Below, piece by piece: positions 25,880 through 34,900 of a stretch of DNA of 52,246 nt. The stretch lies in assembly GCA_963930145.1 (NCBI GenBank), contig CAWVLM010000065.1, forward strand, positions 1 to 52,246, in the 5' to 3' direction. The translations under genes were made by a program, and so were the position numbers. The notes below the pieces were generated by a model, which was not told the origin of the DNA, made no database searches, and saw only the letters and a list, made by a program, of their open reading frames with translations. Source of the DNA: Clostridia bacterium (GTDB lineage: Bacteria; Bacillota; Clostridia; Christensenellales; UBA1242). Positions within the stretch are counted from its first letter, which is position 1. Each line of letters opens with the position of its first letter.

Positions 25880-27892
25880 TTATTCTTCCATATTTTTCTT
25901 TGCCATTTCGTCAAGTTGAGATTGATGACGTTTAAAGAAATCTTCTCTTGGCTTTAACGCTTTAATTTTCCTATTTTTTGTTTTGTCAAGCACGTCTTCA
26001 AAATTGCCAAAGATATAGTTCCAATCAAAGCACTTAGTTTTGTCAAAACCAATATAATCAGCAACATTTTCACATCCGCTTGGTGCAATAGGATGAAGAA
26101 GGGTATTTGCCACAAAAATCATTTGCAGCGTGTTGATAGTCAAGTGTGCAAGTTTTTCTTCAGTCACGCAGTTATTTATATCCTTAACCCAATATTTGTT
26201 GATATTTCTGACAAACACATCAAGAGCGTTATACACTTGGTGGAACTTTTTGTCATACATAAATTTTTCAACGTTAAGTGCCACTTTTTTGCATTCTTCC
26301 ATCGTACTCGCGTCAATCACAGCTTCGGGCAGAATGTTGTCAAAGTGACTTTGCGTTGAGTAAAAAACTGTTCTTAAAATTCTGTTATAAACGTTTGTAA
26401 GAAGGTTGCCTTCCTTGACAACAGGGTCAATTTCGTCATCATTTGCGTCAGGGTCAAACGCTTTAGGTGAAAGTGAGACGTTGTTGTTGACAAGATTCAT
26501 TGCAAGAAAATGCATACGTATTTGTTCGGCAGTGTAATGCTCTAAAAATTCACTTGCCATAGGCGGCTTTATGGCACCAGACGAACTTGCTTTTTTGTTC
26601 ATATAGAGAATGGATTTGATAGGGTTGATTTTTGTAAGACGAAGCTGACCGTTTTCAGGGTCAAGCACAGGGTTTTTACCTTGCGTATATAGCCACATCG
26701 CTTGCTGAGCAGGTCCATAGAAATAGATATTGTCTTCGCCTAAGAACTGATAAACCTGTCCATCGCGGTCACACCAATATTTTTTCCATTCATTTTCATC
26801 TTTATCAATACTTTCAAGATAGGTCTTTGTAAAAGTTATAGGAGCCCACAAACTTTCAGGCCAAACATAGAAAGTTTGGTTCTTCACGCCATCAATTTCA
26901 GGGCATGGCACGCCCCAAGAGATGTTGCCTGTAAGACGGAAAGGAGTAAGGGTTTTGCCTGTTCTATATCTAATATTATTTTCAGCCAAAACCTCACAAG
27001 CTTTTTCGCGGTCTTCAAGCTTATCAAATACGATGGTCATAGAAGGTGCTTTTTCATTTCTATCAAGTTCAACAAAGTGTGGAAGATTATTCTTTATTTT
27101 ATTAAAATGCTCAAAGAATTCACGCTTGATATAAATCTCTGGCTTTTTGAAAAACTCTCGAATTTCTTTAACCATAAATGGAGCCGTATCGCTCTTTCTA
27201 TCGATAGAGTCAATCCATGCGTTAAGAATATCAGTGCATTTTTCAAGGTCAAAATAAAGGTTTTCAATCTTGACAAGCTTAGGTTTTTTGCCACTAAGCG
27301 TGCTGATAGGGTCGATTAAGTCCTGAGGAAGATATTGATGTCCAAGGTCGCATTCATCAGCGTAGCCTTTTTCGCCTTGACAATTTTCAATAGGGCATTT
27401 TCCAACAACCTGTCGTCCATTAAGCAAACATCCATTTTCTTCATCATAGAATTGAAGCGAAGAGTGCTTTGATACCATTCCATTTTCATATAGCTTTTCA
27501 ATAAACCATTTGCTAGTTTCCTTGTGTAGCTCCCCAGCTCTTCCAAGAGCAGAAGCGGCATAAAGATTAAACCCAATCTCAAACTTTTCCAATATGTCCT
27601 TTTGTTTGTTGTGATTTTCTGTGATAAAGTCCACAAGGGTTTTGTTCTTCCACTGTCCATTTTCTTGAAGTTTACGGAAGGCTTCCACAGCAGGTGAGCC
27701 ATAGCAGTCTGTGCCTGAAACAAAGATAACATTATCCTTGCCAATTCGGTCACGCATGAAACGTGCAAAAACGTCAGCACGAAGTATCATGCCAAGATGT
27801 CCAAAATGAATAAGTTTATTCCCATAAGGCATACCTGATGTAATAACAGCACGCTTAGGAAATTCTGGTCTAGGTCTAACAAAATCGTTCAT
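25880..27892 (-). CDS. metG: methionine--tRNA ligase
   Basis: Class I HIGH-type motif (PYGNKLIHFGHL), MetRS-like connective peptide region, 670 aa, RBS AGGAGA. Confidence 0.85.
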   Translation of the reverse strand: MNDFVRPRPEFPKRAVITSGMPYGNKLIHFGHLGMILRADVFARFMRDRIGKDNVIFVSGTDCYGSPAVEAFRKLQENGQWKNKTLVDFITENHNKQKDILEKFEIGFNLYAASALGRAGELHKETSKWFIEKLYENGMVSKHSSLQFYDEENGCLLNGRQVVGKCPIENCQGEKGYADECDLGHQYLPQDLIDPISTLSGKKPKLVKIENLYFDLEKCTDILNAWIDSIDRKSDTAPFMVKEIREFFKKPEIYIKREFFEHFNKIKNNLPHFVELDRNEKAPSMTIVFDKLEDREKACEVLAENNIRYRTGKTLTPFRLTGNISWGVPCPEIDGVKNQTFYVWPESLWAPITFTKTYLESIDKDENEWKKYWCDRDGQVYQFLGEDNIYFYGPAQQAMWLYTQGKNPVLDPENGQLRLTKINPIKSILYMNKKASSSGAIKPPMASEFLEHYTAEQIRMHFLAMNLVNNNVSLSPKAFDPDANDDEIDPVVKEGNLLTNVYNRILRTVFYSTQSHFDNILPEAVIDASTMEECKKVALNVEKFMYDKKFHQVYNALDVFVRNINKYWVKDINNCVTEEKLAHLTINTLQMIFVANTLLHPIAPSGCENVADYIGFDKTKCFDWNYIFGNFEDVLDKTKNRKIKALKPREDFFKRHQSQLDEMAKKNMEE

Positions 27893-28097
27893 AATATTTC
27901 TCCTAAAATTTTTAAATAATTATTTTTTAATTTAATTATTTAAAATTTATCGTTTATTTTTTATTTTAATTATTTTTATCGTTTATTTTAGCTTAAATAT
28001 TTATAATAATTAAAAAATTTTAATACCTATCTATGATTTTTGATATTTTTAAATTTATTGTATTTTTATTATTTTTAAATTTATTTATAAAAATATT

Positions 28098-28715
28098 TTA
28101 ATTGTTGTCATATAAATAATCATTTTTTAAAAAAGCGAGTTTATTTTTTATTCGTGTCAGGGCATTGTCAATGCTTTTCTTTGAAAGATTGCCTATTTTT
28201 GAAATTTCATCATAGTTATAACCTTTTAGATATAAACTTAACACCTTAAACTCCATTGAAGAAAGTGTTTTTTTGATTTTATCAATAATTTCTGCAACTC
28301 GCTCTTTTTCTATAACTCTATCATCTGGTGAAGGCAGAGCAGAAGGAAAGACTATTTCAGAACTATCTTCATCATCTTCGCTGCTTAGCTGTTCAATAAT
28401 TGGCAGTGCAGATGATAGCACTTTATTTTTCTCAGAGCTTGCAACTCGCACCGCACTTTGAATTTGATGTTTGATGCAAGTGCTAGCAAAAGTTTTAAAA
28501 GACGCTGATTTATCGCCTTTGTAGTGCATGATTGCCTTGTACAGACCTATCATACCTTCTTGAACTATATCTTCAATGTCGCCGCCTGTAAGGAAATAGC
28601 TTCTTGCAATTTGGTTTACAAGCGATTTGTATTTTGTAAGCAGGGTGTTGACTGCATTTTCATCACCTTGACGTGCTTTAAAAGCAAGTTCTTCATCTGT
28701 TATTTTTTCTTCCAT
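28098..28715 (-). CDS. sigH: RNA polymerase sigma factor, SigH-like
   Basis: Close to B. subtilis SigH as I recall it (ARSYFLTGGDIEDIVQEGMIGLYKAI...; C-terminal KSIDNALTRIKNKL). Also has the conserved mrnC-rlmB-sigH neighbourhood. Confidence 0.8.
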   Translation of the reverse strand: MEEKITDEELAFKARQGDENAVNTLLTKYKSLVNQIARSYFLTGGDIEDIVQEGMIGLYKAIMHYKGDKSASFKTFASTCIKHQIQSAVRVASSEKNKVLSSALPIIEQLSSEDDEDSSEIVFPSALPSPDDRVIEKERVAEIIDKIKKTLSSMEFKVLSLYLKGYNYDEISKIGNLSKKSIDNALTRIKNKLAFLKNDYLYDNN

Positions 28716-28718
28716 TTA

Positions 28719-29441
28719 TCACCCTTGCCTTTGTCTTAAAATTTCAAATATCATCACGCCACAAGCAACAGACGCATTAAGCGAATTTACCTTTCCCATC
28801 ATAGGAAGAGAAATAATTCCGTCAACATAGCTAAGCAGTGATTTTTTTACGCCAAATCCTTCAGAGCCAATGATAATCGCAACGTTTTCTGTTAATTTTT
28901 TATTGTAAATATTCTCGCCGCCAGCTTCGCACGCATATACCCAAACATCATTTTCTTTAAGAAAATTGATTGCGTCTTTAAGATTTGTGACGCGTGCAAT
29001 AAGCATATTTGAGATGGCACCCGTGCTTGTTCTTATAACCGTTTCATTGACTTGAACAGCTCTATTTTTAGGTATGATTATTCCATGCACCCCAGCACAT
29101 TCGCAGGAACGTATGATAGCTCCAAAATTATGCGGGTCTTCTATTCCGTCAAGCAGCACTAAGAACGGCTTTTGACCAAGTTTTTTAGCCTTTTGCAAAA
29201 TATCTTCAACTTGACAATATTCAAAGTCTACCGCATCTGCAATATAACCTTGATGATGAGCCGTTTTAGATTTTTTATCTAAAAAAACTCTTGGCACAAA
29301 CTCAAATTTAATTTTGTTTTGCACGGCAAGGTTGATGATTTCATCTTTGCGACCTTGATAATTTTTATCAACATATATTTTATTGATGGTAAGTTTAGCC
29401 TCCATTGCCTGCCTAATAGCATTTTTACCTTCTATAAGCAT
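28719..29441 (-). CDS. rlmB: SpoU/TrmH-family 23S rRNA (guanosine-2'-O)-methyltransferase RlmB
   Basis: SpoU motifs (LLDGIEDPHNFGAIIRS; IIIGSEGFG; LPMMGKVNSLNASVA) and the synteny. Confidence 0.85.
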   Translation of the reverse strand: MLIEGKNAIRQAMEAKLTINKIYVDKNYQGRKDEIINLAVQNKIKFEFVPRVFLDKKSKTAHHQGYIADAVDFEYCQVEDILQKAKKLGQKPFLVLLDGIEDPHNFGAIIRSCECAGVHGIIIPKNRAVQVNETVIRTSTGAISNMLIARVTNLKDAINFLKENDVWVYACEAGGENIYNKKLTENVAIIIGSEGFGVKKSLLSYVDGIISLPMMGKVNSLNASVACGVMIFEILRQRQG

Positions 29442-29660
29442 AATATCTTCTCCATAGATAAGATTTTATCACAAAACAAATAAAAATACAACACAATTTA
29501 AAAACAATATAAATAAACAAATCTAGCATTATAATGTTAAATAAACTTAAAAAATATTTAGAAATTATTAAATTATTTAAAAACATTTTAATTGTATATA
29601 ATTTAGTGTAATTTAGTTTTTTAACATTTATTTAATATTTATTTAATATTTATTGAATAT

Positions 29661-30074
29661 TTATTTAATATTTATTGAATAATTTAAAATTTCGTTTAAC
29701 CTAGTTTTATCATCTTTTAAATAAAGATAGCCCACCAAAACTTCAAAAGCGGTAGCATAAGAATAGTCAGACTGGCTTGCGTTTTTTGCCGAGTGCTTAG
29801 GCTTTGCATTACGACCGCGTCTTATGATTTCATTTTCTTCTTCGCTTAGACTAGGCAAAAGCTCTTTCAAAACTCTTGCTTGCGATTGAGCTTTACAAAA
29901 TTTGGCAGCTTCAGTGTGATAGTTTTCCATTTTTCCATCATATAATTTTAAACAAAATTCTCGCACAAAAAGGGTATGCACACTGTCACCGATAAAAGCA
30001 AGCGGCAAAAGGTTTGTTTTAAGCAGCTTTTCAAGAAGTTCTTTATTATTGTTAGTGTGATTTATAACATCCAT
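29661..30074 (-). CDS. mrnC: mini-ribonuclease III
   Basis: LAFIGDSVHTLFVREF signature; ~137 aa. ATG at 30074 has better RBS spacing (AAAGGA) than 30080. Confidence 0.8.
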   Translation of the reverse strand: MDVINHTNNNKELLEKLLKTNLLPLAFIGDSVHTLFVREFCLKLYDGKMENYHTEAAKFCKAQSQARVLKELLPSLSEEENEIIRRGRNAKPKHSAKNASQSDYSYATAFEVLVGYLYLKDDKTRLNEILNYSINIK

Positions 30075-30284
30075 AAACATCCTTTAAAAATATGATTATA
30101 ACAATAAATAAGGCACTTGTGAATGGGCGGATTATCCGCTCTCCTTTATATACCTTAGTTTGTTCCAAGAGAGCGGAGACAAAACTTATCTTTTTATTCA
30201 CTCTATCGGACAGTCGTCAAACATTTGGTTCGCGAATAGTGATGCAAACTAAGTTTGCTCATCGAACATTTGACTTATAAAATT

Positions 30285-30523
30285 TACCCCTTGTGGGGTC
30301 TTACTTTAGCCCACAAAATCAGAGATTTTGTGGGTGCCCATGTCGGAAAACCAAAATTTTGTCTGTTAGGTTAGAGAGCGGAGATATAACCTGAAATTCG
30401 GATGCACTTAATCAGACAGTCGCCAAGCATAAGGCTTGTGCCCGCGTTCTCCGTAAGGAGTTCAAAAAAATAAAAGTTTAAACCTTTTAATTTTTTTGAA
30501 AATGCTTTGGTGTCGCCCCAATA
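30285..30523 (-). repeat. modular structured intergenic repeat, copy A (inverted relative to copy B)
   Basis: Aligns by eye, in reverse complement, with 43575-43818. Shared blocks are CCCACAAAATC..GAGATTTTG, GTCGGAAAACC, TTAGAGAGCGGA, GACAGTC, AGGCTTGTG, CCGCGTTCTC, GTAAGGAGTT and TTTTGGTGT..CCCCAATA. Confidence 0.7.
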
Positions 30524-31618
30524 CTATACATTAAATCGGAATAGCATAACATCGCCGTCTTGCACAACGTATTCCTTACCTTCCATGCGGACTTTACCTT
30601 TTTCTTTTGCCTTTACAAATGAACCTGCTTCCACAAGGTCATTATAAGATACAACCTCAGCCTTAATAAAGCCTTTTTCAAAATCAGTATGGATTTTTCC
30701 TGCAGCCTGCGGTGCCTTTGTTCCTTTTTTAATCGTCCAAGCTCTAACTTCTTTTTCGCCAGCCGTTAAGAAAGACATCAGCCCAAGCAAATCATAGCTA
30801 GTTGCAACAAGCTTTTCAAGTCCGCTTTCTCTGATGCCAAGTTCTTCTTTAAAAACCTCTCGCTCTTCAGGCTCAAGCCCTGCAAGTTCTTCTTCAATTT
30901 TGGCAGAAAGCACAATAACTTTCGCTTCTTCATTGTCCGCCTGCCTTTTCACTTGCTTAACAAAGTCGTTGTCTTCTTTTCCAACATCGTCTTCACTGAT
31001 GTTAGCAACGTAGATAACAGGTTTTGCAGTCAAAAGTTGCAAGTTTTTCATAATTTTTTGCTCTTCTTCGCCGTTAATTTCCACGCTTCTAGCTGGTTTA
31101 TTATTTTCAAGTGCCGAGTTAATTCTTTCAAGAAGATTGACAGTCGCAATCAAACTTTTGTCACCAGTTTTCACAAGTTTAGCATCTTTTTCAAGCAATT
31201 TGCTCACTTGCTCAAGGTCAGAAAGTGCAAGCTCAAGGTTTATTATTTCAATGTCACGAAGGGGGTCAATGGAGCCATTAACATGGATGATTTTATCATT
31301 TTCAAAACATCTTACAACATGCACGATTGCATCGACTTCACGAATATGGCTTAAAAATTTGTTTCCAAGCCCTTCACCTTTGCTTGCTCCAGCAACTAGC
31401 CCTGCAATATCAACAAACTCAATGGAAGCAGGGGTGATTTTTTGCGTATTATAAAGTTTTCCAAGCACCTGTAATCTCTCGTCAGGCACATCAACAATAC
31501 CAATATTTGGCTCAATAGTGCAGAAAGGGTAGTTTGCACTTTCTGCTCCCGCATTTGTTATTGCATTAAATAAAGTACTTTTACCAACGTTAGGCAATCC
31601 CACAACACCAATTTTCAT
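30524..31618 (-). CDS. ychF: redox-regulated ATPase YchF
   Basis: MKIGVVGLPNVGKSTLFNA, a TGS-like C-terminus, 364 aa. Confidence 0.95.
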   Translation of the reverse strand: MKIGVVGLPNVGKSTLFNAITNAGAESANYPFCTIEPNIGIVDVPDERLQVLGKLYNTQKITPASIEFVDIAGLVAGASKGEGLGNKFLSHIREVDAIVHVVRCFENDKIIHVNGSIDPLRDIEIINLELALSDLEQVSKLLEKDAKLVKTGDKSLIATVNLLERINSALENNKPARSVEINGEEEQKIMKNLQLLTAKPVIYVANISEDDVGKEDNDFVKQVKRQADNEEAKVIVLSAKIEEELAGLEPEEREVFKEELGIRESGLEKLVATSYDLLGLMSFLTAGEKEVRAWTIKKGTKAPQAAGKIHTDFEKGFIKAEVVSYNDLVEAGSFVKAKEKGKVRMEGKEYVVQDGDVMLFRFNV

Positions 31619-31868
31619 ATTTAATTCCTTTTAATTATTATAATTTTCTCTTGCATATTATAGCATTTAATTGCTCTTTAGTAAAGTTAAAAATGTGATT
31701 TAGTAAATATAGCGTAAAAATAAAAATTTTTCATATTTTATTCAGTAAAAATTTATGCGTTCTAAGCGGTCTAAGCATAAGAAACAAATAATAGCAAAAA
31801 ACTGAAAGAATAAAGGTTAATAATATGGTTCTATAATATTTATGGGGGCGAGAAGGGAAAAAGTCGAA

Positions 31869-31907
31869 TAAAAAAGAACATATTGATTATAATTTTCAAT
31901 ATGTTCT
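31869..31907 (-). terminator. intrinsic terminator downstream of the 1975-aa gene
   Basis: AGAACATATTGA (31875-31886) pairs with TCAATATGTTCT (31896-31907), with a T-run on the minus strand. Confidence 0.65.
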
Positions 31908-31963
31908 CTTGTTTGCTTGTTGCCCGTTCCAGTAAAACAGCTTCAACTTTCTCATTTTTGTTA

Positions 31964-34900
31964 TTATGCTTCGGGTACTTCTTGTGCGACACCTTCCGCT
32001 TCTTCAGCTTCAGCTTCAGGTGCCGCTTCAGTTCTTTCAGGCGTTCTAGCCCTCTCTTCTTCCGCTCTTCTAGCCGCCTCTGCTTCTCTATCTGCCTTTT
32101 TCTTAGAAAGGAAGCTAAAAATTCCTCGAGCTTTAGCTAAAGTCTCAGAGCGTTGTCCGCCAAGTTCGGCAGCCGAGCTTCTTGTAGTGGCAAGGATTGA
32201 AGTATTATAAGCAGCCTCAGCATCGATTTTTAATCCTACATATTTTTCTCTAATTTTAGCTATAAGTTTTTTCTTTTGACCTTTGATTTTTGCAAGAAGA
32301 GCAGCATTTGCCTTTTTATTTTTTTCGGCTATAATGCGTGCTTTTTCTGGCGAAAGACCTTTAGTGTCAATTTTTTTGCTTGAGCTTTGTCTAAGTTTTT
32401 TAATATCTTTTTCAATTCCGAGCTTCTCAAATAGATAAAGGTCAAGATTGCCAAAGTTCAATCCTTCAGGATTAAATTCGCTTGCATGAGCTTCAAAGAA
32501 TGCCGAATCTCCATCTATAAAAGCATTGATAAGGTCGTTTGCGTATTGATATTCAGGATGCTCAGCGATGTAGCCTTCAATTGCTTTCATCTTTTTTTCA
32601 AATTCCTTCCAGTCAGCCTCACATCTTTCAAGGTCGTCTTTGGCTGCATTAGCTTTGCGTTCGGCAGGAGAGTTTCCGTCTCTTGCTGCATCTGTGTGGT
32701 GTTGTTTATCTTCAAGACGCTTTTCTTGGATTTCAATCTGTTTTTGCAATTTTTTAGCCTTTTTCAAACTTTCTTCAAGTCGACCTTGCCTAATTTTTGC
32801 CAAGCCTTCTGGGGTAAATTTATCATCAATCGTTTGATTTATTTGTTTATCAATTTCTTTTATGTCGCCGTTGATGCCAAGAATTTCAAACATGTAAAGG
32901 TCATTGTTGCCAATTTCAATACCTTCAGGCATAGCCTCAGGATTTTCGATAAAGTATGAAATATCGCCATTTATAAAGCCATTTAAAATTTCAATGCCAT
33001 AAGGGTAGTCAGGATTTTTAGCAAGGTAAGAATCAATAGCCGCTAATGTTGTATCATACTTTGCTTTAGCTTCTTGAAATTTTTGAAGGTCATATTTCTC
33101 AGCATTAGCCTTGCGGTCGTCTTCTGTTTCGCCTTCTCTAGCAGCATCTGCACGACCCTTGTTATTTTCAAGACGAAGTTTTTGAATATCTAATTCTTTG
33201 CCAATGCCTTTTTTAAGTTCTTCAATCTTCGCATTTTTTTCATTTGCATCTAAAGATGTGTCTTCTAAAAGTTTAATTAGTTTATCGATTGATTTTTCAT
33301 TTATACCAGTTGCAACAAGACCTTTGTTGACCTTGTCCACGGCTTTAGCTAGGTCATCAGCCTCGAGATTTCCAGAAAGGATAGCCTCAATTTCAGTTTC
33401 GTATTTGGCTCTATTTATATCAAATACTCGAACATCTCTGTTTGCCTTGAAATATTCAATATTTTCTTCAGATGGCAATTCATCTAAAACATGCTTCTTA
33501 GCTTGCCTATATTCTTCTTGATAGCTTTTAGGTAGCAAAGACATAATATAATTTTCTCTATCTTTCGGCTTGGTGTCATTAAGTTTAATTGCAAGTTTTT
33601 CCATAAATTCTTCTTTGCTTGCAGCCTTGATTTTAGGTGAACGAGAAGCCATTGCCTCTTCATCGTAAAGTATTTCAGCAAGAAGATCAACAGTTGTAGG
33701 GTATTTGATATCTTTTTCTAGAGCTTCTTTTCTAGCTCTATATTCACTATCAACATAAGCTTTGCCATATCTTGCTCTAGCCGCAGTAAGATTTATAGAT
33801 GTTCGTCTGTCAATGGCTTGATTTTTATCCCTGCAAAATTCAGTAAATCCAGCGGCTTTTTTTGCTTTTTCTTGATTATTTGCAGAAGGTGATTCGATAT
33901 CAGAGTACCTTGCTATAATATCATAAATTTTTTCGCCATCAACTTTCTCGCGTTCCATGAAAGGCTTGATTTGCTCAATAAGAGCTTTATTAAAATCAAG
34001 ATTAGGGTCGAGCGAATGGGCTTTATCAGGTTCTGTTTTAATGCCTTGTCTTTCTTCTTCAGAGATAGGAAGATTTTCAAGAATTTCACATAAGTTACCA
34101 TACTTTCCGATATTTTCAGAAAGATTTTTCCCCGCATTTTCGACAGCGTCAAGATTTCTTGTAATTTTATGTTCTGGGTCTAGCACGCTTTCAAAAGCTC
34201 GCTGGTCATAGGCTACAGAGAATGAGCCGTCAAGGATTGCAATCGTCAGTTTTTCAGCACTATCATAAACTTTAAATTTAGCGTCATATTTTGCTGAATC
34301 GAACGCTTTTCCTTCTTTTTTAGCTTCATTGATTGCTTTTTCTCTTTCATCCTCAAGCCTAGCCCTTTGTCCTTCAATTCCAAGTCTAGTTATAATAATT
34401 TCTCTTTGCATATCAGGGGAAAGAGTTGCAAAATAAGGGTATTTTTTTGTATATTCCTTAACAATATCTTCTTCGCTATGAACAAAGAATGCATCTTTAT
34501 CATCTTTTTTTGCTTTTATATCATAATTAGCAACCAGATAAACTTTCTTGTCTGGGTCATATTGAACAAGAGGCGTACCCTTTTCTTTTTTAGCAAATGG
34601 AGATGAAAGTTGTGATAAAGCCTTAGAAATTTGTTCTTGTTTGGCATTTTGATAATTTACTCTGCCTATTGAATATTTAGCAGCGGAAATAGCGGTTGCA
34701 TCGGCTGTAGCCGTGACAGAGAGCTTGCCGATGGTCATTGAAATTTTACCATCATCACCAATAGCCACTTTATAGTCATTTACAAGAGCGGAAAGCGACC
34801 TTTTATTCAAAACAGCTCTAAAGGCTTCAGGTTCAATACCATCAATATTTTTTGCTTGGTCAACCATGAATGTTATAAGGTCATTTTTTGCAAATGTATC

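Noticed and set aside
27316-27780. 154-aa ORF in an alternative frame of the same strand inside metG, along with many other 60-130-aa ORFs nested in long genes
   Set aside because: They are nested within well-supported conserved CDSs, lack RBSs, and have non-protein-like composition.
27893-28097. T-box or other leader upstream of metG (and of hisS at 10651-10810)
   Set aside because: There is no T-box consensus (AATTAGGGTGGTACCGCG-like) or specifier/antiterminator architecture. The metG leader is almost pure A/T with only short direct repeats.
30092-30280. 62-aa plus-strand ORF between mrnC and ychF
   Set aside because: It overlaps the repeated or structured module (GAGAGCGGA hairpin and others). 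It has no RBS and is on the opposite strand to all neighbouring genes.
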